Positions 39,001 to 50,500 of a stretch of 64,000 nucleotides of DNA are shown here, piece by piece. Each line of letters opens with the position of its first letter. The stretch's first letter is position 1. The notes beneath the pieces are model-generated. The model was not told where the DNA came from. It saw nothing but the letters and a program-made list of their open reading frames with translations, and did no database searches. The translations under genes were made by a program, and so were the position numbers. Source of the DNA: Lama guanicoe (lineage: Eukaryota); NCBI GenBank assembly GCA_013239625.1, contig MU054187.1, positions 9,631,231 to 9,695,230 on the forward strand, given 5' to 3'.

Positions 39001-40962
39001 CGTTTACCTGGAAGCAGTGCATTCCCTCATTAAATAGTTTTCCTGTATTTAAAAAAAGTGTATGTGGGTGAGATGTTTCAATGGCTGAAAAAAGCCAAAA
39101 ATAATTATAGTGGTTAGTGATATTTGTCATTTTTAATTGAATACACAGACATCACCTATACTAACTAAATGGGAAATATTATTTGGCAGCTGCAGTTCTT
39201 TATGCAAAACTAGTGCACAATATGAAAGTTCTAAATTTTCCTTCTATTTATAGACCTAGAGAAATGTACACGAAAGAAATCTAGAAGAATGGAGATAAAA
39301 ATATGGTTTAAAAAATGTGGTAATGTGATAAAACCCAAATATGTATCTTGCTCAGACATCACCTGCAACATCTTGGGATATCCCTTCTTTTCCTATTCAA
39401 AATGGAGCAGTTCGTTCAGTAAGGGTGGATTCAGTCAGAGATACTTTCATAGAAAGAAACCCCTAAACCTCTCTTATCTGGAAACACAAGTTAAAGTATT
39501 GTCTATAGTCCTCATGAATCAACAGGTTAAGATTTTTAAATACCTGGTGATATACTTTCTGATGTACATTTTCTTAAAAAGGCAAACAGTTCTGCATCTG
39601 TTACACAAGCAAACAGAGAGAGCCAGGCTTTGAATGCTCTAGATAAGAGACTGTATTAACATACATTTTGTCTTTCATCCATTCAGATTCCACTTAATTT
39701 TAGTGAACAGAGGGAAAAGATGGATTAAAGTGTACATTTCAGAATATAGATTTGCAGAATAGGATAAAATAGTGCAATACCAATCTCAAGATAAGCATTC
39801 TTTGTCTTTAAGGAATAAGCATGAAAGCTGCTTCTTGAGGAAACTGGCACTAAAGATTTGATGAATACACTATTTCAGCAAATGCCCAGTTGACCAGGGT
39901 ATGATGCAGTAAGATTTGCATCCAAATCCAAGTGAAGCCAACAAATGAAGAAAATCTTATACAAAAAAGGAAACGATTTTTTGGTTCAAAGGGGCTCAAA
40001 GACACTCAGCATATACAAGCTTAAATACCACTGATCAAAATCGTAGAACAATGTAACTCATTCATAAAGATAAATTCTTATTTATAAATTCTCTGTGAAT
40101 CTGACAAAACTCTGAAAATTAGAGATTAACTACTGTACTGCTACCATTATTTTTATTATTTTCTACTTCACTTTGCAATCAACTTTTCTGCAAGATTAAA
40201 GAACAAAAAATTGGTGGTAATTGACTAGGCCAGGATTCAAAATAATGGTAAATATTATTAACAACAGAGCACACAATTGGCTGTGTTGGCTTGGACAGCA
40301 ACATTACTGAATCACATTGACTTTATCATTCTAGAATAGATATTTTCTCCTAACTTTGCTCAAATCAGCAAAATGTTATATCATTACACTCCATTCTCAA
40401 GATATTTTCACCAAGAATACATACCTCTGTAAATGTGTTTACGTTCACAGAAATGTCAGGATCCCAGTGTCTAATATATCCTTTTATGAATTTCAAGGTA
40501 CAGTTTCATTCAGATAACCTTCAAATTTACATAAATCCTTTGACACGCTAATAAATATGTGGAATGGTTACCTTGATGACATCAAAATTAGCAAAATCTT
40601 ATTTCCCCCCAGTTGTAGTCTTCTCAGAAATCAAACATATTTAGCAAGAGAATTTTCATATTTGAAACATTAAGACTTTCATGGAATTAAAATTACAAAG
40701 AACTTCCAATGAACCACATATATGGAAGAAAGTCATCTCAGCAGATCTAATAACTAATTTACAGGAATTCAGAGCCAGCCTGGGCAGCAGTATATTAAAA
40801 GCTATTGCCAATCACACACTTGCTATCATGCACTGAATAACAAGATAAATCTTTGAATTATATACGTACAAGATTTTTAATGACTAATCAAGTTATGTGG
40901 CCCAGCCAACAAAAATTACATATTCACAATAAACATCCTGCCTTTATTAGCCTCTAAGTAAA
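36100..40962 (-). other. VCPIP1: Probable long VCPIP1 3' UTR (distal end uncertain)
   Basis: About 5 kb of AT-rich sequence with no recognisable interspersed repeats directly after the stop; minus-strand AATAAA candidates at 36771-36783, 36519-36524, 36104-36109. Confidence 0.6.
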
Positions 40963-41834
40963 TCAAGAGTGATCCATTGGCTCAGTTGTGTTTGTCATCT
41001 CAGCATCCTGACTATCCATCTCTTCAGGCTCCTCCACGGAACTTCCCTTTTGTGCTTTCGACCTTGTGGCAAATGTTGCTCCCAGTGCCTCTGCCACAGA
41101 GCTATCAGTTGTTTCCGTACTCAAATTTTCAGTGCCACTAGTTAGAGAAAAAGATTCAGGTAAGCCAGTCTGAAGACCCCCAGACTTCACAGAAGAACTC
41201 ATAACTTCTACTTTCCTTTGAGGAAGATCAGATGGTGACTGCTCTGTACTTTGATCCCGTAAGTGCTTGTCCATCGATGCCTGAATAGAAGAAACCATTT
41301 CCTGCAACTTTTTTCGCTGGGCCTCAACCACATCCGGATCAAGCTGCCTGCTGTCTCTCATTGTAACTACCCCAGGAGCTATTCGAATAAGCTCACTGTT
41401 ACTAGGAGCAGCTGTGAATACAGAAGGCTCTGTTTTAATGGAACTACTACTGAAGTCTGTCCCTGGGGTATGCTTCCTTCCGACTGGAGCTTCCCTAGCT
41501 CTTGGATCAAGGTGTGGGGCACTGGAGGCAGTTCCTAGAGAATGCCCTTTTCCCTGAAAGGCAGTTACATTGTGAAGCTGCTCGGACTTCTTTTTCACTA
41601 CTCCACCACTACCTAGTTTCAATAACCCATGTGAGGGACTTGATTCCCTACTTCTTGTAGTAGCCTCTGCTCGAACCTGACTTACAGCCTCTTTAACTAA
41701 ATCTTCAACATCAGGACCGATGGGGAAATGTCCTGCAGCATCCACACACAACTCCAGTCTATCTTCAGAAGCATTATAGACAAAGGTTTTGCCAGGCAGA
41801 TGTGGAAAAGTACAATGCTTGCCATCAGCCATAC
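40963..41834 (-). CDS. VCPIP1: VCPIP1 exon 3, terminal coding part (GMADGKHCTFPHLPG...EPMDHS*)
   Basis: Pyrimidine tract plus cttaag acceptor at 41835; TGA at 40965-40963; spliced CDS 3672 nt = 1223 aa. Confidence 0.96.
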
Positions 41835-42054
41835 CTTAAGAAAGGAAAAAGAATTTAACACGTTAAAATCGTACTTAAAGTGTCGTAAAGACAATTATAA
41901 CTGCAATTGTAAATTTCCAATAATAATCTACAGGTGACAGCTTTCAAAACAAAATGAGAAAATCATTATACTTATTTATTGATAGAATTTAATGCCATTA
42001 CAAAAAAAGAAACATCACCATAGACCTTACAGTAGTTCCCCAGGGGACTTTAAA

Positions 42055-42151
42055 TATACATATATTTATGTGTGTGTGTGTATGTATATATATGTGTGTG
42101 TATATATATGTGTGTGTATATATATGTATGTATATGTATGTATATATATAT
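42055..42151. repeat. Compound (TA)/(TG) microsatellite
   Basis: Read directly; it produces the low-complexity ORF 41992..42201. Confidence 0.95.
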
Positions 42152-44374
42152 CATTAACCTGTTACAAAGTTAGGAAAGTTAGGCTTGAAACAAACAGCTG
42201 AACTATAAGGAAGACACTAGCAACAGTGTTAGTAAAGCATTTGCTTATAGTAAAGCAATCAAAAAATATATTGTCATTTACTAAAATTCAAATTATAACC
42301 TTTAAAAATACCTGTAAGGGCAAAATGTTGTACACACATGTTGCATAGTGTGTTGAATTCTACTGAACTACAGAATACCAGAATAAAAGTTTTCTTAGTG
42401 TGCCATAGGTATATATTTTTCACAAAAATAAAAAAATATGAACTTTCAAAATAAGATATTCCATAGGTAGAGCAGTAGTTGCAGGGGCACATTTAGGAAA
42501 GCTAAGATTAAGACGTTGTGACTTCAGTATAACTGCAAGAATTGACAGAACTGACACTTTGTCACAATAAATTAACAGTATCTTCCTACCAGTATATATA
42601 GAAAATTGCTGTATTTCATGTTAACAATTCTTATTCCTCTCTGGCAGATGAGAATCACCAAAATAAGACTGAGTTATGGACACTCCTCAAATGGCCCAGT
42701 GTGATATACTTCTCATGTCAACTAATGCAGCAGTAGAAGAAAAGAACTTTAAGCAGGCTTCCCTTTATATTCTAGTTTAAGAGTTTGGTCTCACTACATG
42801 GTGTTTTAAAACTTTACACTTTTTCCAGCCTGGGTATAAAAAAATTACATGTGTGTTTTAAGCTATCCATAACCTTACATTTTAAATTTGTCACTCAAAG
42901 AATACTCCAAGTATGCAAAAATAAGGGTTTTCAAATTTTATGAAACCACAGATTTTTTTTAAATGAGGTAGAGAACTTTTAATAATATATGGTGCATATG
43001 GGAATATTTATGGCAAAGCACAAAGACAAAAGCAAACTAGTTCAAAATGAATAGAACTGTTAGTAAGTGCTACAGAAATTCGGAGGGGAAGGACGAGCAA
43101 ACTCTAGAACGCTTCGTGGGCATTTAGGTAGTCTCTCTCCAGTTCTGTAGGTTATTAATAGTTCTTTACTCCTCTGAAGGAAGCTACAGAGTGGTTCCCA
43201 TGTACATTACTGTGAATATTCCAAATAACCAGGGAAATGAACTAAACTTCAAGTGAATAAATAACATATACTAATTTCAAACAAACATTCATTTCAGTGA
43301 TGAGCAAAAATCCAGTGAGAATTTCCTCCGGGCACAACATTTTCGGCAGAAATAACTGACAAAAAAAAACATAGAAAAATTAAAATCAGAGATTTCTAAA
43401 TAGTACCTTTCAGGGCACAACTTTGAAATCAGTTTACTGCCTACTTCAGAGAGCTATAAACCATGCTTCAGGAAACAAAGGTAGCAAAGAAGAGAATTTT
43501 GAATGGTAAGGCCAGGGATGCCTCTAGGCAAAGCTTTTAAACTTTCATTTCAATAGATAATATCTATTGAGCCTCACTATGTGCCAGGAACTAAAGTAGA
43601 CCCTGAAGATTCAAAAATAAAATGTAATTCTTAGAAGATGGATACAAATAGATAATTATAATGCAACGAGGCAAGTATAACAATAAGTATACTGCTCATT
43701 TCACTAATTGTTTGAGGATTACATGGGAATACATGCAAAGCACATACCACAGTGTCTAATACAAATCAGGCAGTGAATAGTTAATTTCTCTAATAGATCA
43801 AGAAGGGTTTGTAATTGTTTCCAGGCTGCTGCTGTGGTGCTTTCTTTTGGCTATCCCTGGTGAGAATCATAGTCCCACACATGTTTATCACATTACTTAT
43901 AATGAAACACTGGAAACAATCTAAGCTTTCAACAAGAAGAGAATGGTTAAGAAAATAATGGTCTATCTACCTGATGGAAGTAATATGCAGCTATTAATAC
44001 TGATATAAAGAAGAAATCTATAATGCCTCATACATACAGTAAAATGTGCATGATGGTAAAATAGCAGGAAACAAATCTTAAGTACTATAATTACAATCAT
44101 ACCAAAAAAAATACATGGATAAGACAGATACTTGGCAGGTGATGTTTCCCACTTCCAGTTTCTAGACTTTACATTATTATAAAATTTTAAAGCACATGTT
44201 AAAAAAAAACACAATGCAAATACTTCAAATGCTGTGATCTTGATCCCTTTAAACACAGTCATTTAGGTTTTATATAACTTATATAGTCTTTTCCATTGTA
44301 AGAATCAAGGTGTATTGAAATGTCTATATCACATATTAACAATTCCATTGCACATATACACCAAAAGACATAAT

Positions 44375-45458
44375 AACATAAGTCACATATAATTCACCTG
44401 TTTTAAGTGTACAGTTGAACGTTTTTAGTATATTCAGAGTTGAGTAACCATCACCATAATTGCTTTTGGAACATTTTCATCACCCCAAAAAGAAACCCTG
44501 AACTCATCAGCAGTCACTCCCATTCCCCCTCTGCCACCCAACTCCCAGCCCTAGACAACCGCTGATTTACTCTGTCTCTCTCTAGGTGTGCCTATTTTGT
44601 CATTTATATGACTTTTCATATAACTGAAATAATACAATATATGGTCTTTTGTTTCTGGCTTGTTTCATGTAGCAGAATATTTCCAAAGTTCATCCCCAAC
44701 GCAGTCTATACCAGTACTTCATTCTTCTTATTGCCAAGTAATAGTCCATTGTATGGATATACCACATCTTTTTAAAATCTTTTGAGGAACTGCCAGACTT
44801 TTTCCCCAAGTAGTTGCACCATTTTACATGCTCACTAGGATTTCATTGCTAATAGTTCTTATTCTCTGTCTTTTTAATTATAGCCATCCTAGTGAGTGGG
44901 AAGTGCTATCTCATGGTTTTGGTTTGCATTTCCCTATGGTTAATGATGTTGAGCATCAGTTCATGTGCTTATTGGCCATTTATATATTTTCTTTGAATAA
45001 TGTCTATTCAGATCCTTTGCCCATTTTTTAACTAGGTTGTGTTTTTATTGCTGAGTTCTTTATATTCTAGATGCAAATCTACTCTCTAATATATAATATG
45101 CAGAATTTTCTCCTGTTCTGTGGGTCGTCATGTCACTTTCTTGTTGGTGTCCTTTGTAGCACAAAAGTTTGCTTTTTATTTATCTACTTTTTTCTTTTGT
45201 TGCTTGTACTGTTGGTGTCATATCTAAGAAAATCTGGCCTAATCCAAAATTAAGAAGTTTTATGCCTATGTTTTCTTCCAAGAGTTTTCTAGTTTTAGCT
45301 CTTATACCCAGGTTTTTTATACATTTTGGCTTAATTCTCAAAATTGTTTGGTGCAAGGTACAGGCCAAACTTCATTCTCTTGCATGTGGATATCCAGTTG
45401 TTCCAACACAATTTACTGAAAAAAACTATTCTTTCTCCATTAAATTGTCTTAGCATCC
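44375..45458 (-). mobile_element. LINE-1 3' fragment (L1M-type), antisense
   Basis: catcaccccaaaaagaaaccc; ttttgaggaactgccagac; ggtttgcatttccctatggttaatgatgttgagcat are reverse-complement L1 3' motifs. Confidence 0.9.
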
Positions 45459-47378
45459 CAGCAAACATTTTAAGAATAACTTCAAACCAGAAACAGAAAA
45501 CTACTTAGAAAATAATCAAGAGAATCATTCCCACACCACCCACCACAACCCTCCCAACACACAAAAAACAACTGAAGGAAGTTATTTTCAGTTGTATGAA
45601 AGACAATGCATACTTACCCCAATTACTGCAAGCTCTATAATCAATTCTAATTAAATAATACCTTTAAGAAAAACCATTACCTGGTATCAATTTATTTCAG
45701 AAGGTAGAATGAAGTGAAAGATTAGAGTTAAAAAGAAAGGGATGAAAAAAAATGGCAGGGGGATGCTCAGAGAGAAACTGATAGCTTTAAATGCTTATAT
45801 TAGAAAACAAAAATTTATAATCAATAGTCTAAGCTTCTAGTTAAAGAAACTAGAAGGACAGTGCAAATTAAACCCAAAGCAGGCATAAGAAAGGAAAAAG
45901 TAACAGAAATCAATGAAACTGAAATCAGGAAAACAACAGAGAAAAGCTATGAAACCAAAGCTGTTTCTTTGAAAAGATCGATAAAACTGATAAACCATTA
46001 GCTGGATTGGTCAGGAAAACAAGAAAGGCACAAAATGAGAAATGACAGAGCTATCGACCTGACAGATATTAAAAGGATCATAAGGGAATTTTATAAACAA
46101 TTTTATGCCAATGAAATTGATAACTTAGATGAAAATATTCTAAAAGTGATTATGGTGATAGTTGCACAAGACTGAATATATTGAAAAAACATATATTCTT
46201 GAAAAAACAGACTTCTTGAAAGACAAAACTAACAAAGCTTCCTCAAGAAGAAAGGGATAACCTTAAGAGCACTCGATTAAAGAAATTAAATTCATAGTTA
46301 AAAACTGTCCAATAAAGAAAACCTCAAGCACAGATGGCTTCACTGGTGAATTCTACCAAACATTAAGGAAGAAATAATATCAGAGCTATTACAAAATTTA
46401 CCAGAAAACAGAAGAGGAATGAACACTTCCCAACTCTTATTGTGTGAAGCCAACATTACCCTGACTAAACGTCATTACAAGAAAACTACATTCCATTATA
46501 ACTCATGAATACCATGTCAAAAAACACTCAATGAAATATTAGCAATTAGAATCCAGCATGTGATGCTGGTTTTCAACATTCAAAAATCAATGTAATTCAT
46601 GCTGTCAACAAACTAAAGAGAAAAACCTTGTAAGATCATTTTAGTAGATGGAATCAGGAGGAAAAGAGCACCTGATAGAATTCAACATCAATTCACAATA
46701 CTATAAAACTATCCATAAACTAGGAATAGAAGGGAATGTTCTCAACCTGACAAAAGGGCATTGCTGAAAAACCTACAGGTTTGAATGCTTTCCCCCTCAG
46801 ACCAGAAACAAGGCAAGGATGTCCACCCTCACCACTATTCTACATTGAACTTACAGCTAGTGCAATAAAGCAAGAGAAAGACATAAATGGCATATATATT
46901 GAGATGGAAGAACTAAAAGTTTTTTATTTGCAAAAGACTTGAGGACCTACACAGACAATCCCAAAGAATCGGCTAAAAAGCTACTAGAACTAACATGTGA
47001 GTTTAGCAAGGTCGCAGGATACAAGGTTAAAGCATAAAAACCTGATTTCTATGCACTAAGCAATGAACAACAGGAAACTGGAATTTTCAAAAAGAATCTT
47101 TTATAACAGCATCCCCCAAACATGAAATATTTAGGTACAAATCTAACAATGGATATGCAAGAATTATATGTTAAAAATTATAAAATTTTGATGAGAGAAA
47201 TTAAAGAAGACTTATATAAATAAAGAAATGTAACATTGTCATGAATCAGAAGACTCGATGTTGTCAAAATATCAATTGTCCTCAATTTATTCTACAGATT
47301 CAACACAATCACAATAAAAATCCCAGCAGACTTTTTTGGTAGAATTGACAAGTTGATTCTAAAATTTGTATGGATAAG

Positions 47379-47496
47379 GTGGAGAGGGTATAGCTCAAGT
47401 GCTTCAGCACATGCCTAGCATGCACGAGGTTCAATCCCCAGTACCCCGTCAAAAAAAAGAAATAAACCTAATTATCTCCCCTGCAAAAAAATAAAA
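47379..47496 (+). mobile_element. tRNA-derived SINE (Vic-1-like) inserted in an old L1
   Basis: Same head and aaacctaatta tail as the 9488 copy; 19-bp TSD with 2 mismatches (47360-47378, 47497-47515). Confidence 0.88.
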
Positions 47497-48716
47497 TAAA
47501 ATTTATATGGATGAGCAAAGCATCTAGAATGCCCAAAACAATTCTGAGAAAGAATGAAGGTGGAGGACTCCTACTAACTGATTTCAAGAATTACTACAAA
47601 GATACAGTAATCAAGACTGTGTTATTGGTGAAAGGAGAGATACATAAATCAACAAAATAGAAAAGAGATTCTAGAAATAAACCCATATGAACACGGTCAA
47701 TTGAATTTTTTTAAATAATTTTATTGATGTGTATTTTGCATATAATTCACCTTTTTCAAGTGTATAATTCATGGTCAATTGATTTTTGATAAAAGTACCA
47801 GAGTAATTCTATGGATAAATTATAGCTTTTCCAACAAATACTGCTGGAGCAATTGAACATCCATTAAAAAAATGAACCTCGCCTCATACCTTCCAACAAA
47901 CCAACTCAAAATGGATCATACACCTAAATATAAAACCTAAAACTACAAAACTCCTAGAAGAAAACACAGAAGATATTTTTTGTGACCTTGGAATAGGCAA
48001 AGATTTCCTGGAAAGGACATAAAAAGTATGAATCATAAAAGAAAAGATTGTTAAATTGATCATCAAAATTAGAAACCTCTGATCTTCAAAAGATAATGTT
48101 GAAAGACTGAAAAGACAAGTTACAAACTGGGAGAAAATATGTGCAAAATAATTATCTGATAAATGATGTGTACCCAGAATATATAAAGAACTCTCAAAAC
48201 ACAATTTAAAAAATTCAAACCAACTTTAAAATGGGCCCCAAATAATAAGATAGCAAATAAACACATGAAAAGATGTTCAACATCATCAGTTATTAGAGAT
48301 GCACAAACTAAAACCACTAAGAGATAGTACTATAAATCTATTAGAATGGTTTTAAAAACAAAAACCAATACTACCAAGTGCCAGAGGAACACAAAATGGC
48401 CCAGCCACTTTGGAAAATGGTTTGGAAGTGTTTTATAAAGATGAGCATATACTTTTCACATGACTCAGCAATCCCACTCCTAGCTATTTACCAAAGACAA
48501 ATGAAAACACATGTCCACACAAAGACCTGTACACAACTGTTTACACTGGCTTTATTCATAGTAGCCAAAAACTTAAAACAAACCAAAAGTCCTTCAATTG
48601 GTTATGGAATTTTTAAAATGTGATCTAGCCATACAATGGAATGCTACTCAGCAATAAAAATGAATAAACTACTAATACATACAACCAGACAGATGGATCT
48701 CAAAAGCATTAGGCTA

Positions 48717-48935
48717 CAACAAACTGACAAAATTTTCCTGTGAAAGGGGCAACATGGTAAATATTTTAGGTTTTGCAGACCATATATCCTCTGTCACAAC
48801 TACGCAACTCTGCCATTGCACTGTGAAAGCAGTCATAGACAAGACGTAAACCCGAGTGTGGCTATGCTCTGATAAAACTTTACACACAGCAGGCAGTGGA
48901 GACTGATATGGCCCACAGGTAGTTACCAACCCCTG
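48717..48935 (+). mobile_element. MER58A-like hAT-Charlie MITE nested in L1
   Basis: gtaaatattttaggttttgcagaccata...ctctgtcacaactac...aactctgccattg...ccaacccctg matches recalled MER58A consensus. Confidence 0.85.
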
Positions 48936-49238
48936 TGCTCAAAGAAGCCAGACACAAAATGTTAAACTATTTGGTTCCATTTATACAGTGATATGAAGAA
49001 AGCAAACAGTACAGGGACAGAAATCAAATCTAGTGGTTTAGTGCCAAGGCCTGGGGGTTAGAGGTAAGGGATTAATCAGAAAGGGGCACAAGTCCACTTT
49101 TTAGAATGATGGAAATATTTTATATCTTGATTGTGATAGTGGTTATATGACTGTATATGTTTGTCAAAATTCATATACTTGTATATCTATAAAGGGTGAA
49201 TTTTACTGTATGCAAGTCATGCTTCAATAACCCTGTCT

Positions 49239-49281
49239 TAGGAAGGAAGGAAGGAAGGAAGGAAGGAAGGAAGGAAGGAAA
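49239..49281. repeat. (GGAA)n microsatellite, about 10 units, at the L1 3' end
   Basis: Read directly. Confidence 0.95.
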
Positions 49282-50413
49282 GAAGCCAACTGGCTAGCTA
49301 GCCATTCTTTGGTCCCTGATTCAATAAATCAAAAGAAAAAAGCATTTTTTAGATTCTCAAAAATCAAGGAAATTTAAACACTGTCTGAATACTCGGTGAT
49401 ATTTAAAAATTATTGTTCATGCTTTTTTGATGTGCTAATGGTATCAAGGTTTTTTTTTTAACTTTTTTATTGAGTTACAGTCATTTTACAATGAAGGTTA
49501 TTTTTAAAAGAAAAGTTCTTACTTTTAGAAATACATACTGAGGTTCTTACAGATGAAATTATGTCTCAGATTTATTTTAAAAATAATCTGTTTGAGAGGG
49601 GATGAGAAGAAATTTACTGATAATTACTGAACCTGGTGGTAGGTAAATAGGGATTCACTACATCATTCTTGCTACTTTTATATGTTTGGACATTTTTACA
49701 ACAGCCAAATTGGGTTTTATTTTTTTAATAAGGAAAAAAGTGCATGAGAAAGAAAAAAACATAAAATAGAGATTATGTATTTAATGTCTGCAGAGGTCAG
49801 GTAGCTGAAAAGGTGAAATAGCCAGCGTAATAAATTCTGGGGCTAAAAGCATTCACATCAAATCTTTGAAAAAACCTATGGGGTCCAAACACACATACTG
49901 GCGACCTCTCTCTTCAGACCTTAAAACTCTGAAGATAACAGTTACATACTTGCACATATCCTTATAAACAGCGTATACACAATGTGAAAAGAAGTCAAAT
50001 GTAAAGTGAGCTGTTTCCTAGAATCCATAAAACCCTGAAGTACATAGTACTCATAGTCAAAACAGAACAACAACAAAAAAACTGTATTATCTGGTTCTGG
50101 GATAGTCACTAGCATTATAAACAAATCAGTTTCTCATTTCACAATCTGTCTTTAGTTGTTAAGGATCACATATATAACTTAAATGAAAAAATAGAAAAAA
50201 GTGATACAAGATTTTTAGTAATATTATAGCAGAAAACATAGCTGACCATATCAGGATAATAATCCATTTTAACTAGGCAGACTAGCAAAGAAGAATATAT
50301 ACCTAAAATTAACATTGGAAATAGTTTTAGAAGAATATTATCTGAACTTTCTTAATCTTATAATAGCTTGAGTGGAGATATTATCTAAGAATAAAATCAG
50401 AAATCAACCATAC

Positions 50414-50500
50414 CCATGGTTTTCTTCATAATATTGTAGAATACACCACCCTGCTGGAACATGTGAGGAAGCCCCTTTGCATAAGACCATACATCTTCTC
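50414..50500 (-). CDS. VCPIP1: VCPIP1 exon 2 (EDVWSYAKGLPHMFQQGGVFYNIMKKTM)
   Basis: ttttacag acceptor, ATG G|GTATGG donor; 87 nt, phase 1-1; translated by hand. Confidence 0.95.

Larger units (their letters stand above)
45770..49232 (+). mobile_element. Old degenerate LINE-1 (L1M-type) ORF2 and 3' UTR with nested insertions
   Basis: Recognisable L1 ORF2 motifs (cagatggcttcactggtgaattctaccaaacatt; aaaacctacag; gcaatcccactcctag; atggaatgctactcagcaataaaaa); no intact ORF. Confidence 0.92.

Noticed and set aside
19688..50414. In-frame VCPIP1-MYBL1 read-through fusion
   Set aside because: VCPIP1 donors are phase 1 and all MYBL1 acceptors in the window are phase 0 or 2, so simple cis-splicing would frameshift
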